64,000 nt of DNA from Eledone cirrhosa (taxonomy: Eukaryota). Under the pieces are notes generated by a model. The model was not told the DNA's origin, did not search any database, and worked only from the letters and a program-made list of their open reading frames with translations. Below, piece after piece: positions 40,601 to 54,880 of the stretch; positions within the stretch are counted from its first letter, which is position 1, and each line of letters opens with the position of its first letter. Position numbers and translations under genes: made by a program. Where the stretch lies: the NCBI GenBank assembly GCA_964016885.1, contig OZ024752.1, positions 22,258,001 through 22,322,000 of the forward strand, given 5' to 3'.

Positions 40601-43600
40601 CTACTGTCTTAAACCTGCTAGAAACAGCAGCTAACTCTCCCCCATATCACACCACACCCTACTGTCTTAAATTTAGAAAACATCCTCTATGAGGTCACTA
40701 AACCTGCTAGAAACAGCAGCTAACTCTCCCCCATATCATACCACTCCCCACTGTCTTAAATTTAGAAAACATATCCCCTATGAGGTAATTAAACCTGCTA
40801 GAAACAGCAGCTAGAAATAACAGCTAACTCACCCCCATATCACACCACACCCTACTGTCTTAAATTTAGAAAACATATCCTCTATGAGTTCACTAAACCT
40901 GCTATAAACAGCAGCTAACTCTCCCCCATATCACACCACACCCTACTGTCTTAAATTTAGAAAACATCCTCTATGAGGTCACTAAATCTGCTAGAAACAG
41001 CAGCTAACTCTCTCCCATATCACACCACTAACAACTGTCTTAAATTTAGAAAACATATCCTCTATGAGTTCACTAAACCTGCTATAAACAGCAGCTAACT
41101 CTCCCCCATATCACACCACACCCTACTGTCTTAAACCTGCTAGAAACAGCAGCTAACTCTCCCCCATATCACACCACACCCTACTGTCTTAAATTTAGAA
41201 AACATCCTCTATAAGGTCACTAAACCTGCTAGAAACAGCAGCTAACTCTCCCCCATATTATACCACTCCCTACTGTCTAAAATTTAGAAAACATAACCTC
41301 TATGAGGTCACTAAACCTGCTAGAAACAGCAGCTAACTCTCCCCCATATCACACCACTCCCTACTGTCTTAAACCTGATATAAACAGCAGCTAACTCTCC
41401 CCCATATCACACCCCTCCCTACTGTCTTAAATTTAGAAAACATGTCCTCTATGAGGTCACTAAACCTGCTAGAAACAGCAGCTAACTCTCCCCCATATCA
41501 CACCCCTCCCTACTGTCTTAAATTTAGAAAACATATCCTCTATGAGGTCACTAAACCTGCTAGAAACAGCAGCTAACTCTCCCCCATATCACACCCCTCC
41601 CTACTGTCTTAAATTTAGAAAACATATCCTCTATGAGGTCACTAAACCTGCTAGAAACAGCAGCTAACTCTCCCCCATATCACACCCCTCCCTACTGTCT
41701 TAAATTTAGAAAACATATCCTCTATGAGGTCACTAAACCTGCTAGAAACAGCAGTTAACTCTCCCCCATATCACACCACACACTACTGTCTTAAATTTAG
41801 AAAACACATCCTCTATGAGGTCACTAAACCTGCTAGAAACAGCAGCTAACTCTCCCCCATATCACACCACACCCTACTGTCTTAAATTTAGAAAACATAT
41901 CCTCTATGATGTCACTAAACCTGCTAGAAACAGCAGCTAGAAACAACAGCTAACTCACCCCCATATCACACCCCTCTCTACTGTCTTAAATTTAGAAAAC
42001 ATATCCTCTATGAGGTCACTAAACCTGCTAGAAACAGCAGCTAACTCTCCCCCATATCACACCACACCCTACTGTCTCAAATTTAGAAAACATCCTCTAT
42101 GAGGTCACTAAACCTGCTAGAAACAGCAGCTAACTCTCTCCCATATCACACCACTAACAACTGTCTTAAATTTAGAAAACATATCATCTATGAGGTAACT
42201 AAACCTGCTAGAAACAGCAGCTAACTCTCCCCCATAACACACTCCTCCCCACTGACTTAAATTTAGAAAACACATCCTCTATGAGGACACTAAACCTGCT
42301 AGAAACAGCAGCTAACTCTCCCTCATATCACACCCCTCCCTACTGTCTTAAATTTAGAAAACATCCTCTATGAGGTCACTAAACCTGCTAGAAACAGCAG
42401 CTAACTCTCACCCATATCACACCACTCACTACTGTCTTAAACCTGCTATAAACAGCAGCTAACTCTCCCCCATATCACACCACACCCTACTGTTTTAAAT
42501 TTATAAAATATATCCTCTATGAGGTCACTAAACCTGCTAGAAACAGCAGTTAACTCTGCCCCATACCACACCACACCCTACTGTCTTAAATTTAGAAAAC
42601 ATATCTTCTATGATGTCACTAAACCTGCTAGAAACAGCAGCTAACTCTCCCCCATATCACACCCCTCCCTACTGTCTTAAACCTGCTAGAAACAGCAGCT
42701 AACTCTCGCCCATATCACACCCCTCCCTACTGTCTTAAATTTAGAAAACATATCCTCTATGAGGTCACTAAACCTGCTAGAAACAGCAGCTAACTCTCCC
42801 CCATATCACACCCCTCCCTACTGTCTTAAATTTAGAAAACATATCCTCTATGAGGTAACTAAACCTGCTAGAAACAGCAGCTAACTCTCCCCCATATCAT
42901 ACCACACCCTACTGTCTTAAACCTGCTAGAAACAGCAGCTAACTCTCCCCCATATCACACCACACCCTACTGTCTTAAATCTTGAAAACATATCCCCTAT
43001 GAGGTTACTAAACCTGGTATAAACAGCAGCTAACTCTCCCCCATATCACATCACACCCTACTGTCTTAAATTTAGAAAACATATCCTCTATGAGGTAATT
43101 AAACCTGCTAGAAACAACAGCTAATTCTCCCCCATAACACACCACTCCCTACTGTCTTAAATTTAGAAAACACATCCTCTATGAGGTCACTAAACAATCT
43201 AGAAACAGCAACTAACTCTCCCCCATATCACACCCCTCCCTACTGTCTTAAATTTAGAAAACATCCTCTATGAGGTCACTAAACCTGCTAGAAACAGCAG
43301 CTAACTCTCACCCATATCACACCACTCCCTACTGTCTTAAACCTGCTATAAACAGCAGCTAACTCTCTCCCATATCACACCACTAACAACTGTCTTAAAT
43401 TTAGAAAACATATCCTCTATGAGGTAACTAAACCTGCTAAAAACAGCAGCTCACTCTCCCCCTTACCACACCCCTCCCTACTGTCTTAAATTTAGAAAAC
43501 ACATCCCCTATGATGTAACTAAACCTGCTAGAAACAGCAGCTAACTCTCCCCCATATCACACCACTCCCTACTGTCTAAAATTTAGAAAACATAACCTCT

Positions 43601-46600
43601 ATGATGTCTCTAAACCTGCTAGAAACAGCAGCTAACTCTCCCTCATATCACACCACTCCCTACTGTCTTAAACCTGCTAGAAACAGCAGCTAACTCTCCC
43701 CCATATCACAGCATTCCCTACTGTCTTAAATTTAGAAAACATATCCTCTATGAGGTAACTAAACCTGCTAGAAACAGCAGCTAACTCTCCCCCATATCAC
43801 ACCCCTCCCTACTGTCTTAAATTTAGAAAACATATCCTCTATGAGGTCACTAAACATGCTAGAAACAGCAGCTAACTCTCCCCCATATCACACCCCTCCC
43901 TACTGTCTTAAATTTAGAAAACATATCCTCTATGAGGTAACTAAACCTGCTAGAAACAGCAGCTAACTCTCCCCCATATCATACCACACCCTACTGTCTT
44001 AAACCTGCTAGAAACAGCAGCTAACTCTCTCCCATATCACAATCCTCCCTACTGTCTTAAATTTAGAAAACACATCCTCTGTGAAGTCACTAAACCTGCA
44101 TGAAACAGCAGCTAACTCTCCCCCATATCACAGCACACCCTACTGTCTTAAATTTAGAAAACATCCTCTATGAGGTAACTAAACCTGCTAGAAACAGCAG
44201 CTAACTCTCCCCCATATCACACCACACCCTACTGTCTTAAGTTTAGAAAACATATCCTCTATGAGGTCACTAAACCTGCTAGAAACAGCAGCTAATTCTC
44301 CCCCATAAGACACCACTCCCTACTGTCTTAAATTTAGAAAACATATCTTCTATGAGGTCACTAAACTTGCTAGAAACAGCAGCTAACTCTCACCCATATC
44401 ACACCACTCCCTACTGTCTTAAACCTGCTAGAAACAGCAGCTAACTCTCCCCCATATCACAGCACTCCCTACCGTCTTAAATTTATAAAATATATCCTCT
44501 ATGAGGTCACTAAACCTGCTAGAAACAGCAGTTAACTCGCCCCCATATGACACCACACCCTACTGTCTTAAATTTAGAAAACATCCTCTATGAGGTCACT
44601 AAACCTGCTAGAAACAGCAGCTAACTCTCCCCCATATCACACCACTACCTACTGTCTTAAACCTGCTAGAAACAGAAGCTAACTCTCCCCCATTTCATAC
44701 CTCTTGCTACTGTCTTAAATTTAGAAAACACATCCTCTATGAGGTCACTAAACCTGCTAGAAACAGCAGCTAACTCTCCCCCATATCACACCACACCCTA
44801 CTGTCTTAAACCTGCTAGAAACAGCAGCTAACTCTCCCCCATATCACACTCCTCCCTACTGTCTTAAATTTAGAAAACACATCCTCTATGAGGTCACTAA
44901 ACCTGCTAGAAACAGCAGATAACTCTCCCACATATCACACCACACCCTACTGTCTTAAATTTAGAAAACATCCTCTATGAGGTCACTAAACCTGCTAGAA
45001 ACAGCAGCTAACTCTCCCCCATATCACACCACACCCTACTGTCTTAAATCTTGAAAACATATCACCTATGAGGTCACTAAACCTGCTAGAAACAGCAGAT
45101 AACTCTCCCCCATATCACAGCACACCCTACTGTCTTAAATTTAGAAAACATATCCTTTATGAGGTCACCAAGCCTGCTAGAAACAGAAGCTAACTCTCCA
45201 CCATAACACACCCCTCCTTACTGTCTTAAATTTAGAAAACATATCCTCTATGAGGTCATTAAACCTGCTAGAAACAACAGCTAATTCTCCCCCCATAACA
45301 CATCACTCCCTACTGTCTTAAATTTAGAAAACATATCTTCTATGAGGTCACTAAACTTGCTAGAAACAGCAGCTAACTCTCACCCATATCACACCACTCC
45401 CTACTGTGTTAAACCTGCTATAAACAGCAGCTAACTCTCCCCCATATCACACCACACCCTACTGTCTTAAATTTAGAAAACATATCCCCTATGAGGTCAC
45501 TAAATGTGCTATAAACAGCAGCTAACTCTCCCCCATATCACACCACTCCCTACTGTCTTAAACCTGCTAGAAACAGCAGCTAACTCTCCCCCATATCACA
45601 GCACTCCCTACTGTCTTAAATTTATAAAATATATCCTCTATGAGGTCACTAAACCTGCTAGAAACAGCAGTTAACTCTCCCCCATATCACACCCCTCCCT
45701 ACTGTCTTAAATTTAGAAAACATATCCTCTATGAGGTAACTAAACCTGCTAGAAACAGCAGCTAACTCTCCCCCATATCACACCACTCCCTACTGTCTTA
45801 AACCTGCTATAAACAGCAGCTAACTCTCCCCCATATCAAACCCCTCCCTACTGTCTTAAATTTAGAAAACATATCCCCTATGAGATCACTAAACATGCTA
45901 TAAACAGCAGCTAACTCTCCCCCATATCACACCACTCCGTACTGTCTTAAATTTATAAAACATATCCTCTATGAGGTCACTAAATCTGCTAGAAACAGCA
46001 GTTAACTCTCCCCCATATCACACCACACCCTACTGTCTTAAATTTAGAAAACATATCTTCTATGATGTCACTAAACCTGCTAGAAACAGCAGCTAACTCT
46101 CCCCCATATCACACCCCTCCCTACTGTCTTAAATTTAGAAAACATATCCTCTATGAGGTAACTAAACCTGCGAGAAACAGCAGCTAACTCTCCCCCATAT
46201 CACACCCCTCCCTACTGTCTTAAATTTAGAAAACATATCCTCTATGAGGTCACTAAACCTGCTAGAAACAGCAGCTAACTCTCCCCCATGTCACACCACT
46301 CCCTACTGTCTAAAATTTAGAAAACATAACCTCTATGAGGTCACTAAACCTGCTAGAAACAGCAGCTAACTCTCACCCATATCACACCACTCCCTACTGT
46401 CTTAAACCTGCTATAAACAGCAGCTAACTCTCCCCCATATCACACCACACCCGAATGTCTTAAATTTAGAAATCATATCCTCTATGAGGTCACTAAACCT
46501 GCTAGAAACAGCAGCTAACTCTCCCCCATATCATACCACACCCTAATGTCTTAAATTTAGAAAACATATCCTCTATGATGTCACTAAACATGCTATAAAC

Positions 46601-47735
46601 AGCAGCTAACTCTCGCCCATATCACACCCCTCCCTAGTGTCTTAAACCTGCTAGAAACAGCTGCTAACTCTCCCCCATATCACAGCACTCCCTACTGTCT
46701 TAAATTTATAAAACATATCCTCTATGAGGTCACTAAACCTGCTAGAAACAGCTGCTAACTCTCCCCCATATCACACCACACCCTACTGTCTTTAATTTAG
46801 AAAACATATCTTCTATGATGTCACTAAACCTGCTAGAAACAGCAGCTAACTCTCCCCCATATCACACCCGTCCCTACTGTCTTAAATTTAGAAAACATAT
46901 CCTCTATGAGGTAACTAAACCTGCGAGAAACATCAGCTAACTCTCCCCCATATCACACCCCTCCCTACTGTCTTAAATTTAGAAAACATATCCTCTATGA
47001 GGTCACTAAACCTGCTAGAAACAGCAGCTAACTCTCCCCCATATCACACCCCTCCCTACTATCTTAAATTTAGAAAACGTATCCCCTATGAGGTCTCTGA
47101 ACCTGCTAGCAACAGCAGCTAACTCTCCTCCATATCACACCACTCCCTACTGTCTTAAACCTGCTAGAAGCAGAAGCTAACTCTCCCCCATAACACACCC
47201 CTCCCGACTGTCTTAAATTTAGAAAACATATCCTCTATGAGGTGACTAAACCTGCTAGAAACGGCAGCCAACTCTCCCCCATATCACACCACACCCTACT
47301 GTCTTAAATTTAGAAAACATATCCCTTATAAGGTCACTAAACCTGCTAGCAACAGCAGCTAACTCTCCTCCATATCACACCACTTCCTACTGTCTTAAAC
47401 CTGCTAGAAACAGAAGCTAACTCTCCCCCATTCACACCCCTCCCTACTGTCTTAAATTTAGAAAACATATCTTCTATGAGGTCACTAAACCTGCTAGAAA
47501 CAGAAGCTAACTCTCCCCCATGTCACACTCCTCCCAACTGTCTTAAATTTAGAAAACATATCCTCTATGAGGTGACTAAAGCTGCTAGAAACAGCAGCTA
47601 ACTCTTCCCCATATCACACCACACCCTACTGTCTTAAATTTAGAAAACATATCCTCTATGAGGTCACTAAACCTGCTAGAAACAGCAGCTAACTCTCCCC
47701 ATATCACATGCCTCCCTACTGTCTTAAATTTAAAA
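25615..47735. repeat. ~22-kb satellite array of 91-bp and 58-bp monomers (89- and 103-bp variants)
   Basis: 58-bp core AAACCTGCTAGAAACAGCAGCTAACTCTCCCCCATATCACACCACTCCCTACTGTCTT, with or without the 33-bp AAATTTAGAAAACATATCCTCTATGAGGTCACT. Confidence 0.98.
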
Positions 47736-48007
47736 AACACACATTAGACAACTATGCAGAACAACTCCATCGCAGCTCTGTTGTTCGGCTGGCATCGTCT
47801 ACTCGCGTGTTGCGCAAGTACTGTGAAACAATAAATTTCAACACTACTTTGCACAGAGATAATATCCATAGGCGGAACTACAATTGTCACTGCTGGCGCA
47901 GCTCCTGCTTCGCCAGTCCAGGTCTGCAATTCATTTACCCAGTGCCTGGCAGACAAAAAGTGCCGCCATAAAATGGGTGGTGCAACCTAACTTTGGTAAT
48001 TTACTGA

Positions 48008-48035
48008 CCCCGAGCAACGGCGGGCTTTAATGCTA

Positions 48036-48040
<5 letters not shown>
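48008..48040 (-). mobile_element. Helentron/HINE-like terminus
   Basis: Revcomp TATGCTAGCATTAAAGCCCGCCGTTGCTCGGG parallels TATACCAGCAGAATGGCCCGGCGTTGCTCGGG at 57838. Confidence 0.45.
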
Positions 48041-48070
<30 letters not shown>

Positions 48071-48075
<5 letters not shown>

Positions 48076-48586
48076 AAGGTTTAGCAAATAATGAAAAAGT
48101 TTCAAAATAAATTTTAAAAAATTGACTTTACCTACTATAGTTACCTTTACCAATCAGTTTCGAATCCCAAAAATAAAACGGAGACCATACGGCCTTCGTT
48201 GCCTCTATCTTTGCTACGGCCCTTGATAAACCTGTTTCTTCATCGACTCTCATCCCAGGAACAGTTTTGATAGCGCTAGTTTGTGATTTAAATTCAGGAA
48301 TGTTATATTCTTTGAATGAAAAGAACCTTCTGACGAGAATCTTTCTTTGCAACGAAGGTCGTATGGTCTCCGTTTTATTTTTGGGATTCGAAACCGATCG
48401 GTAAAGGTAACTATAGTAGGTAAAGTCAATTTTTTAAAATTTATTTTGAAACTTTTTCATTATTTGCTAAACCTTGTTTATATTTGTTCTGGCTCGTTAA
48501 TTTATTAACCCGCCATTGAACCACACTGGCATTTGGTTGGACAATACATGCGTACCTTGGCGCCTTGTGCGTGAAGGAACGTATTT

Positions 48587-48590
<4 letters not shown>
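48071..48590 (+). mobile_element. Diverged copy of the ~485-bp HHR unit preceded by an inverted 130-bp piece of itself
   Basis: 48071-48201 is the reverse complement of about 48348-48480. Intact HHR at 48325-48408; flanked by (TA)n. Confidence 0.85.
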
Positions 48591-48620
<30 letters not shown>

Positions 48621-48626
<6 letters not shown>

Positions 48627-49126
48627 ATGTTGAAAAGGTAATGCACCAGAGAGTGATATACAGTGCGCTATCAATAAAACGGGAAAAACCACCAGTGTAT
48701 GGAATCTATAACCTATGAAAGGCCGACTATAGACACGATAATTAAAAATATAAATTAAAGCGTAAATAAATACCTCTATAACTATATAACACACGTACAA
48801 ATCCAAAGAGATGTTTCGCCAGTAAGTTGTTGACAGAAATGGAATAACCTCGGTTCATCAGCGTGTGTAAGGCTATACATTTCAGACAACACTAAGAGAA
48901 TTTTAAAAGTGACTGTCCAGCTACACGTGGGAGAGAGAAGTCACAGTGTGTTTAAGGGCAGTGAACCAGTGGCCTCTGAGGGACGAGCTGCTTGAAAGGG
49001 CAGCCCTTTCTAGCAGCTCGTCCCTTTTATAGGTTATAGATTCCATACACTGGTGGTTTTTCCCCTGTTTTATTGATAGCGCACTGTATATCTCTCGCTG
49101 GTGTGTTACCTTTTCAACATATTGTA
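48621..49126. mobile_element. ~500-bp element with ~100-bp inverted ends containing an HHR (PLE pLTR-like)
   Basis: TACAATATGTTGAAAAGGTAA...TATAACCTAT versus its reverse complement at 49027-49126. Strong hairpin at 48979-49024. Confidence 0.7.
48789..48868 (-). ncRNA. Type I hammerhead
   Basis: Minus strand: ACACACG-CTGATGA-[stem II]-GAAAC-ATCTCTTTGGATTT-GTA-CGTGTGT; perfect 7-bp stem I. Confidence 0.75.
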
Positions 49127-49208
49127 TTTTAAAGAGCTCAGGATTTCTTCTCCTTTGAGCACATTATTTACAGGTAATGGCGAGGGCCTATGGCTCCGTT
49201 AATTTATT

Positions 49209-49248
<40 letters not shown>

Positions 49249-49349
49249 TAATATATATATTATATATATATTTTATTTATATATATATATATGTATATAT
49301 ATATTTTTAATATATATATATATATCTATATATATGTCTATATATATGT

Positions 49350-50225
49350 CCCACACTGTAAATGTGGTTGGTGTTAGGAAGGGCATCCAACTGTAGAAAA
49401 CCTGCCAGACAGTCCTATGCGAGCAAGACAATCACTCTTGCCTCAAGTGGGAATACCCCCGTCCAAACCCATGCAAGCGTGGAACACGGACGTTAAACGT
49501 TGATGATGATGATGATGATGATATATAACGAAGGAAATGTGGTAAGGAACCAGATGGACCATAACGCGCCAAAGTACTCAATACTTAGGGTAGTAGAGTG
49601 GGTAATATATAAAATCAAGGTCTAGCAAATAGAGAAAAAGATTTAAAATAAGTTTTAAAAAATTCGCAATACTTACTATATGTGCCTTTACTGCGGTTTC
49701 ATGCTCCAGAATAAACAGAAAATCCAAGCGGATTTCCATTGAGAAGGGATATATATATATTATATATATATATTACATATATATATATATATATTCATCA
49801 TCATCATCATCATCGTTTAATGTCCATCTTCAAGGCTAGCATGGGTTTGGACGGGAATTGTCCCACTTGAGGCAAGATTGGTTGTCTTGCTCAGGACTGT
49901 CTGGCGGGTTTTCTACGGCTGGATGCCCTTCCTAACACCAACCACGTTTACAGTGTGGGGCTGGGAGGTTTTTACTGTGTTACCTACACGGCCACATTAC
50001 AGCGTGGACTGTGTGTTTTTTTGTCATGACACCTACACAACCTCATTTATTTAGGACTGGATGTTGTGGCACCAACATAACTTTACATCGAAAAGGGTGG
50101 TGTAGATGGGGGTGGGGGTAGGGGTAGTGGGACGGGGGTGTATTTTGGTTAAGAGGTGCCTACTGTCTGTAGATTTCGCTTTGCACTTAGGCAAGGCGGG
50201 TCTTCTGTATTACTGCATAGCGCCA
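49350..50225. mobile_element. Two RTE 3'-UTR fragments (49350-49520 +, 49796-50225 -) and a relative of the 485-bp unit (49530-49750 -)
   Basis: GTTAGGAAGGGCATCC...(GAT)n tails. 49610-49700 parallels the reverse complement of the 485-bp unit. Confidence 0.7.
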
Positions 50226-50260
50226 AAGATTTCGGTCCAGTGACATTGTTTGGAGAGGTG

Positions 50261-50384
<124 letters not shown>

Positions 50385-50523
50385 CGTTTCTGAATTTGTT
50401 TAGCAAGATTCTTTATCTGGAATTGTGTGTTGAAACCGATATTGTTATACTTTGGGAGTGAAAGCAACTGGTGCGTGTGTTTCTTATTGGCAACATGACC
50501 CTCCCAAAGTATAACAATATATA

Positions 50524-52285
50524 TAAGTAAACCCCTATACTTAGCTTTTGTCGACTTGGAGAAAGCCTTCGACAGAGTCCCCCGTTCCATTATCTGGTGG
50601 TCTCTTAGAAAACTAGGTGTTGACGAATGGCTTGTGAGAGCTATACAAGCCATGTATAAAGAAACAGTCAGTAAGGTTAGAATTAACAACGAATATAGTG
50701 AAGAGTTTAGCGTAAAAGTTGGTGTCCATCAGGGCTCTGTACTTAGCCCCCTACTATTTATTATTGCCCTTCAGGCTATAACAGAGGAGTTCAAGACCGG
50801 CTGCCCATGGGAACTCCTATACGCAGATGATCTAACGCTCATAGCTGAATCAATGACCGAACTAGAGAAGAAATTCCAAACGTGGAAGCACGGCCTAGAA
50901 TCAAAAGGCCTTAAAATTAACCTGGCTAAGACTAAAGTTCTAGTTTGTAGGAAAGAAAATAAGGCGGCGGTCCCATCGGGGAAATGGCCATGCTCAGTGT
51001 GTAGGAAAGGCGTAGGTAGAAACTCCATTTTATGTCCCAAATGCAAAGTATGGGTGCATAAAAGATGTAGTGGGATCACAGGTAAGCTAACTAAGAACAT
51101 AGATTTTACATGTGGCCGGTGCTCTGGTGCAATAAGTAGCAGCAAGTGCCCACAAAATACTAGCTCCTTCAACTGCGCAGAGGGTTCTATAGAAATAGTG
51201 GACAGCTTCCGTTATCTGGGTGACAAAATCAGCAGTGGGGGAGGGTGCTCTGAAAGTACAGTAGCTAGAGTCAGAACTGGATGGAAAAAGTTCAGAGAGC
51301 TTATACCACTATTAGCCGCTAGAGGGTTCTCCCTAAAAATGAAAGGCAGGTTATACGATGCCTGCATACGAACAGCAATGCTGCATGGCAGTGAGACCTG
51401 GGCATTGTGTGCAGAGGATATACGCAGACTAGAGAGGAACGAAGCTTGCATGCTCCGCTGGATGTGCAATAGTAATATACGTGAACGGCAAAGCATAAAC
51501 GAACTAAGGAAAAAATTAGAAATAAGAGGGATCAGATGTTGTTTACTCGAGAGAAGGCTACGTTGGTACGGTCACGTGATGCGCATGAAAGACGACAGCT
51601 GTATAACAAAGTGCAGGGCAATAAAGATAGACGGTAGCCACGGAGTAGGCAGACCCAGAAAAACATGGGACGAGCTGATAAATTCCGACCTCACACGCTT
51701 ACACCTCTCCAAGACAATGTCACTGGACCGAGACCTTTGGCGGTACTCAGTAATAGAGAAGACCCGCCTTACCTAAATACAAAGTAAAAACCTACTACAG
51801 TCAGTAGGCACCTCTATCAAAACACACCCCCGTCCCACCACCTCCACCCCACCCACACCGCCCCTTTCAATGTAAAGTTATGTTGGTCCCACAACATCCA
51901 GGCCGAAACAAATGAGATCGTGTAGGTGTCACGACAAAAAACACACAGTCCACGCTGTAAATGTGGCCGTGTAGGCAACACGGTAAAAACCTCCCAGCCC
52001 CACACTGTAAATGTGGTTGGTGTTAGGAAGGGCATCCAGCTGTAGAAGACCAGCCAGACAGTCCACGCTGTAATGTGGCCGTGTAGGCAACACGGTAAAA
52101 ACCTCCCAGCCCCACACTGTAAATGTGGTTGGTGTTAGGAAGGGCATCCAACTGTAGAAAACCCGCCAGACAGTCCTATGCGAGCAAGACAACCACTCTT
52201 GCCTCAAGTGGGAAAACCCCCGTCCAAACCCATGCAAGCGTGGAACACGGACGCTAAACCTGATGATGATGATGATGATGATGAT
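50524..52285 (+). mobile_element. 5'-truncated RTE LINE, second subfamily
   Basis: ORF to 51776 is closely similar to 22159-23577 (EKAFDRVPR, LLYADDL, Cys-rich insert). The 3'UTR has an internal ~113-bp duplication and a (GAT)n tail. Confidence 0.95.
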
Positions 52286-52605
52286 ATATATATAATATAT
52301 TATATATATATATATTATATATATATATATATATTATATATATATGTTATATATATTATATATATATAATATATACATATATATATATTATATATATATA
52401 TAATATATACATATATATATATTATATATATATATATTATATATATTATATATATTATATATATATATATGTATATATATATAATATATATATATATATA
52501 TTATATATATATATATTATATATGTATTATATATATATTATATATATATATATTATATATATTATATATATATTATATATATATATATTATATATATATA
52601 TATTA

Positions 52606-53546
52606 GGTTATAAAGGCAGGTTATACGATGCCTGCATACGAACAGCAATGCTGCATGGCAGTGAGACCTGGGCATTGTGTGCAGAGGATATACGCAGACT
52701 AGAGAGGAACGAAGCTTGCATGCTCCGCTCGAAGTGCAATAGTAATATATGTGAACGGCTAAGCATAAACGAACTAAGGAAAAAATTAGAAATAAGAGGG
52801 ATCAGATGTTGTTTACTCGAGAGAAGGCTACGTTGGTATGGTCACGTGATGCGCATGAAAGACGACAGCTGTATAACAAAGTGCAGGGCAATAAAGATAG
52901 ACGGTAGCCACGGAGTAGGCAGACCCAGAAAAACATGGGACGAGCTGATAAATTCCGACCTCACACGCTTACACCTCTCCAAGACAATGTCACTGGACCG
53001 AGACCTTTCGCGGTACTCAGTAATAGAGAAGACCCGCCTTACCTAAATACAAAGTAAAACCTACTACAGTCAGTAGGCATCTCTATCAAAACACCCCCCC
53101 CGTCCCACCACCCCCACCCCATCCACACCGCCCCTTTCAATGTAAAGTTATGTTGGTGCCACAACATCCAGGCCGAAACAAATGAGATCGTGTAGGTGTC
53201 ACGACAAAAAAACACACAGTCCACGCTGTAAATGTGGCCGTGTAGGCAACATGGTAAAAACCTCCCAGCCCCACACTGTAAATGTGGTTGATGTTAGGAA
53301 GGGCATCCAGCTGTAGAAAACCCGCCAGACAGTCCACGCTGTAATGTGGCCGTATAGGCAACACGGTAAAAACCTCCCAGCCCCACACTGTAAATGTGGT
53401 TGGTGTTAGGAAGGGCATCCAGCTGTAGAAAACCCGCCAGACAGTCCTATGCGAGCAAGACTACCACTCTTGCCTCAAGTGGGAAACCCCCGTCCAAACC
53501 CATGCAAGCGTGGAACACGGACGCTAAACCTTGATGATGATGATGA
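52606..53546 (+). mobile_element. Shorter near-identical copy of the RTE 3' end
   Basis: Matches about 51342-52285 with few substitutions; separated from it by (TA)n. Confidence 0.92.
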
Positions 53547-53622
53547 TATTATATATATATTATATATTATATATATATTATATATATATATTATATATAT
53601 ATTATATATGTTACATATATAT

Positions 53623-53653
<31 letters not shown>

Positions 53654-53661
53654 ATATATAT

Positions 53662-53808
<147 letters not shown>

Positions 53809-53899
53809 ATATATATATATATATATTATATATATATATTATATATATATTATATATATATATATTATATATATATTATATATATATATATTATATATA

Positions 53900-53948
53900 G
53901 GTATGTATGTATATGTACATATATATATGTATACAGACGTACAGTAGC

Positions 53949-54005
<57 letters not shown>

Positions 54006-54452
54006 CATGCAGGTACACATATATATATGTATGTATCAGTTTAGCGAACGTTTATTATAACGCTCGCTTTGTCCGTTTGTAAACAAACGGACAGCCTGAT
54101 TTATGCCGTACGGTGTTAAGGCAACCACGTCACCTTTTTGTTCAACACTGACACAGGAACGATGTACTAGTTTCAAGCTTGTTAGCTATCGACAGCACCT
54201 TATACCCTTCTGCCAGATGGTTGAACGTTCGAAAGTATATACTTTCCTTATGAAAATTAACGGCTGAGCAGCCTAATTTGCATATCGAGTGAGTTCAGTC
54301 GGCCAGGCGCACCGAAAACGATAAATATATACATGCTACTGTATGTCTGTATACATATATGTATGTACATATACATACATACTTACATTTAAGTAAGTGC
54401 CGTACTAAGATGGAGAAATGAAATTTTGTTTCATTCTATTCCAATTTATCGT
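53900..54452 (-). mobile_element. Second copy of the 456-bp unit, inverted arrangement, HHR core mutated
   Basis: 53900-54325 is the reverse complement of about 21735-22130 and 54330-54450 is a forward piece. The core reads CTGTCGA at about 54189-54195. Confidence 0.75.
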
Positions 54453-54880
54453 TTGGCACAAGACCAGCAAATTACCCAGTACATTACTGGTACTTTATTT
54501 TATCGACCCCGTAAGGATGAAAGGCAAAGTTGACCGGGATTTGTACTCAGAATGGAAAGGGCCGTAACTCTATGCGTCAAAGCATGACGTCCGATCCTCT
54601 ACTGATACTGCCAATCCTAATGCCCGTAGATTGGCAGTATTGGTAGAAGGTCGTACGTCATGCTTTGTAGCATAGAGTTACGTCCCTTTATGGTCTGAGT
54701 TCAAATCCGGCCAAGGTTAACTTTGCCTTTCATCCTTACGGGGTCGATAAAATAAAGTACCAGTGGTGCACTGGGATAGTTGTTGGCCTTGTGCTAAAAG
54801 TAGAAACAATTATATATTAATTGAAGGGGCGGTGGATTGGCAGTATTGGTAGAGAGTCGGGCACCATGCTTTGCAGCACA
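54450..54880. mobile_element. Head-to-head tRNA-SINE pair plus partial head
   Basis: 54450-54615(-), 54625-54812(+) and 54826-54880(+), same family as 20918. Confidence 0.8.

Noticed and set aside
25615-47735. CRISPR-like repeat/spacer array, or a hammerhead in each monomer (CTATGA...GAAAC)
   Set aside because: The variable parts are point variants of one sequence, not unique spacers; the context is eukaryotic with no cas genes. The core lacks CTGANGA and I could not form stems I and III.
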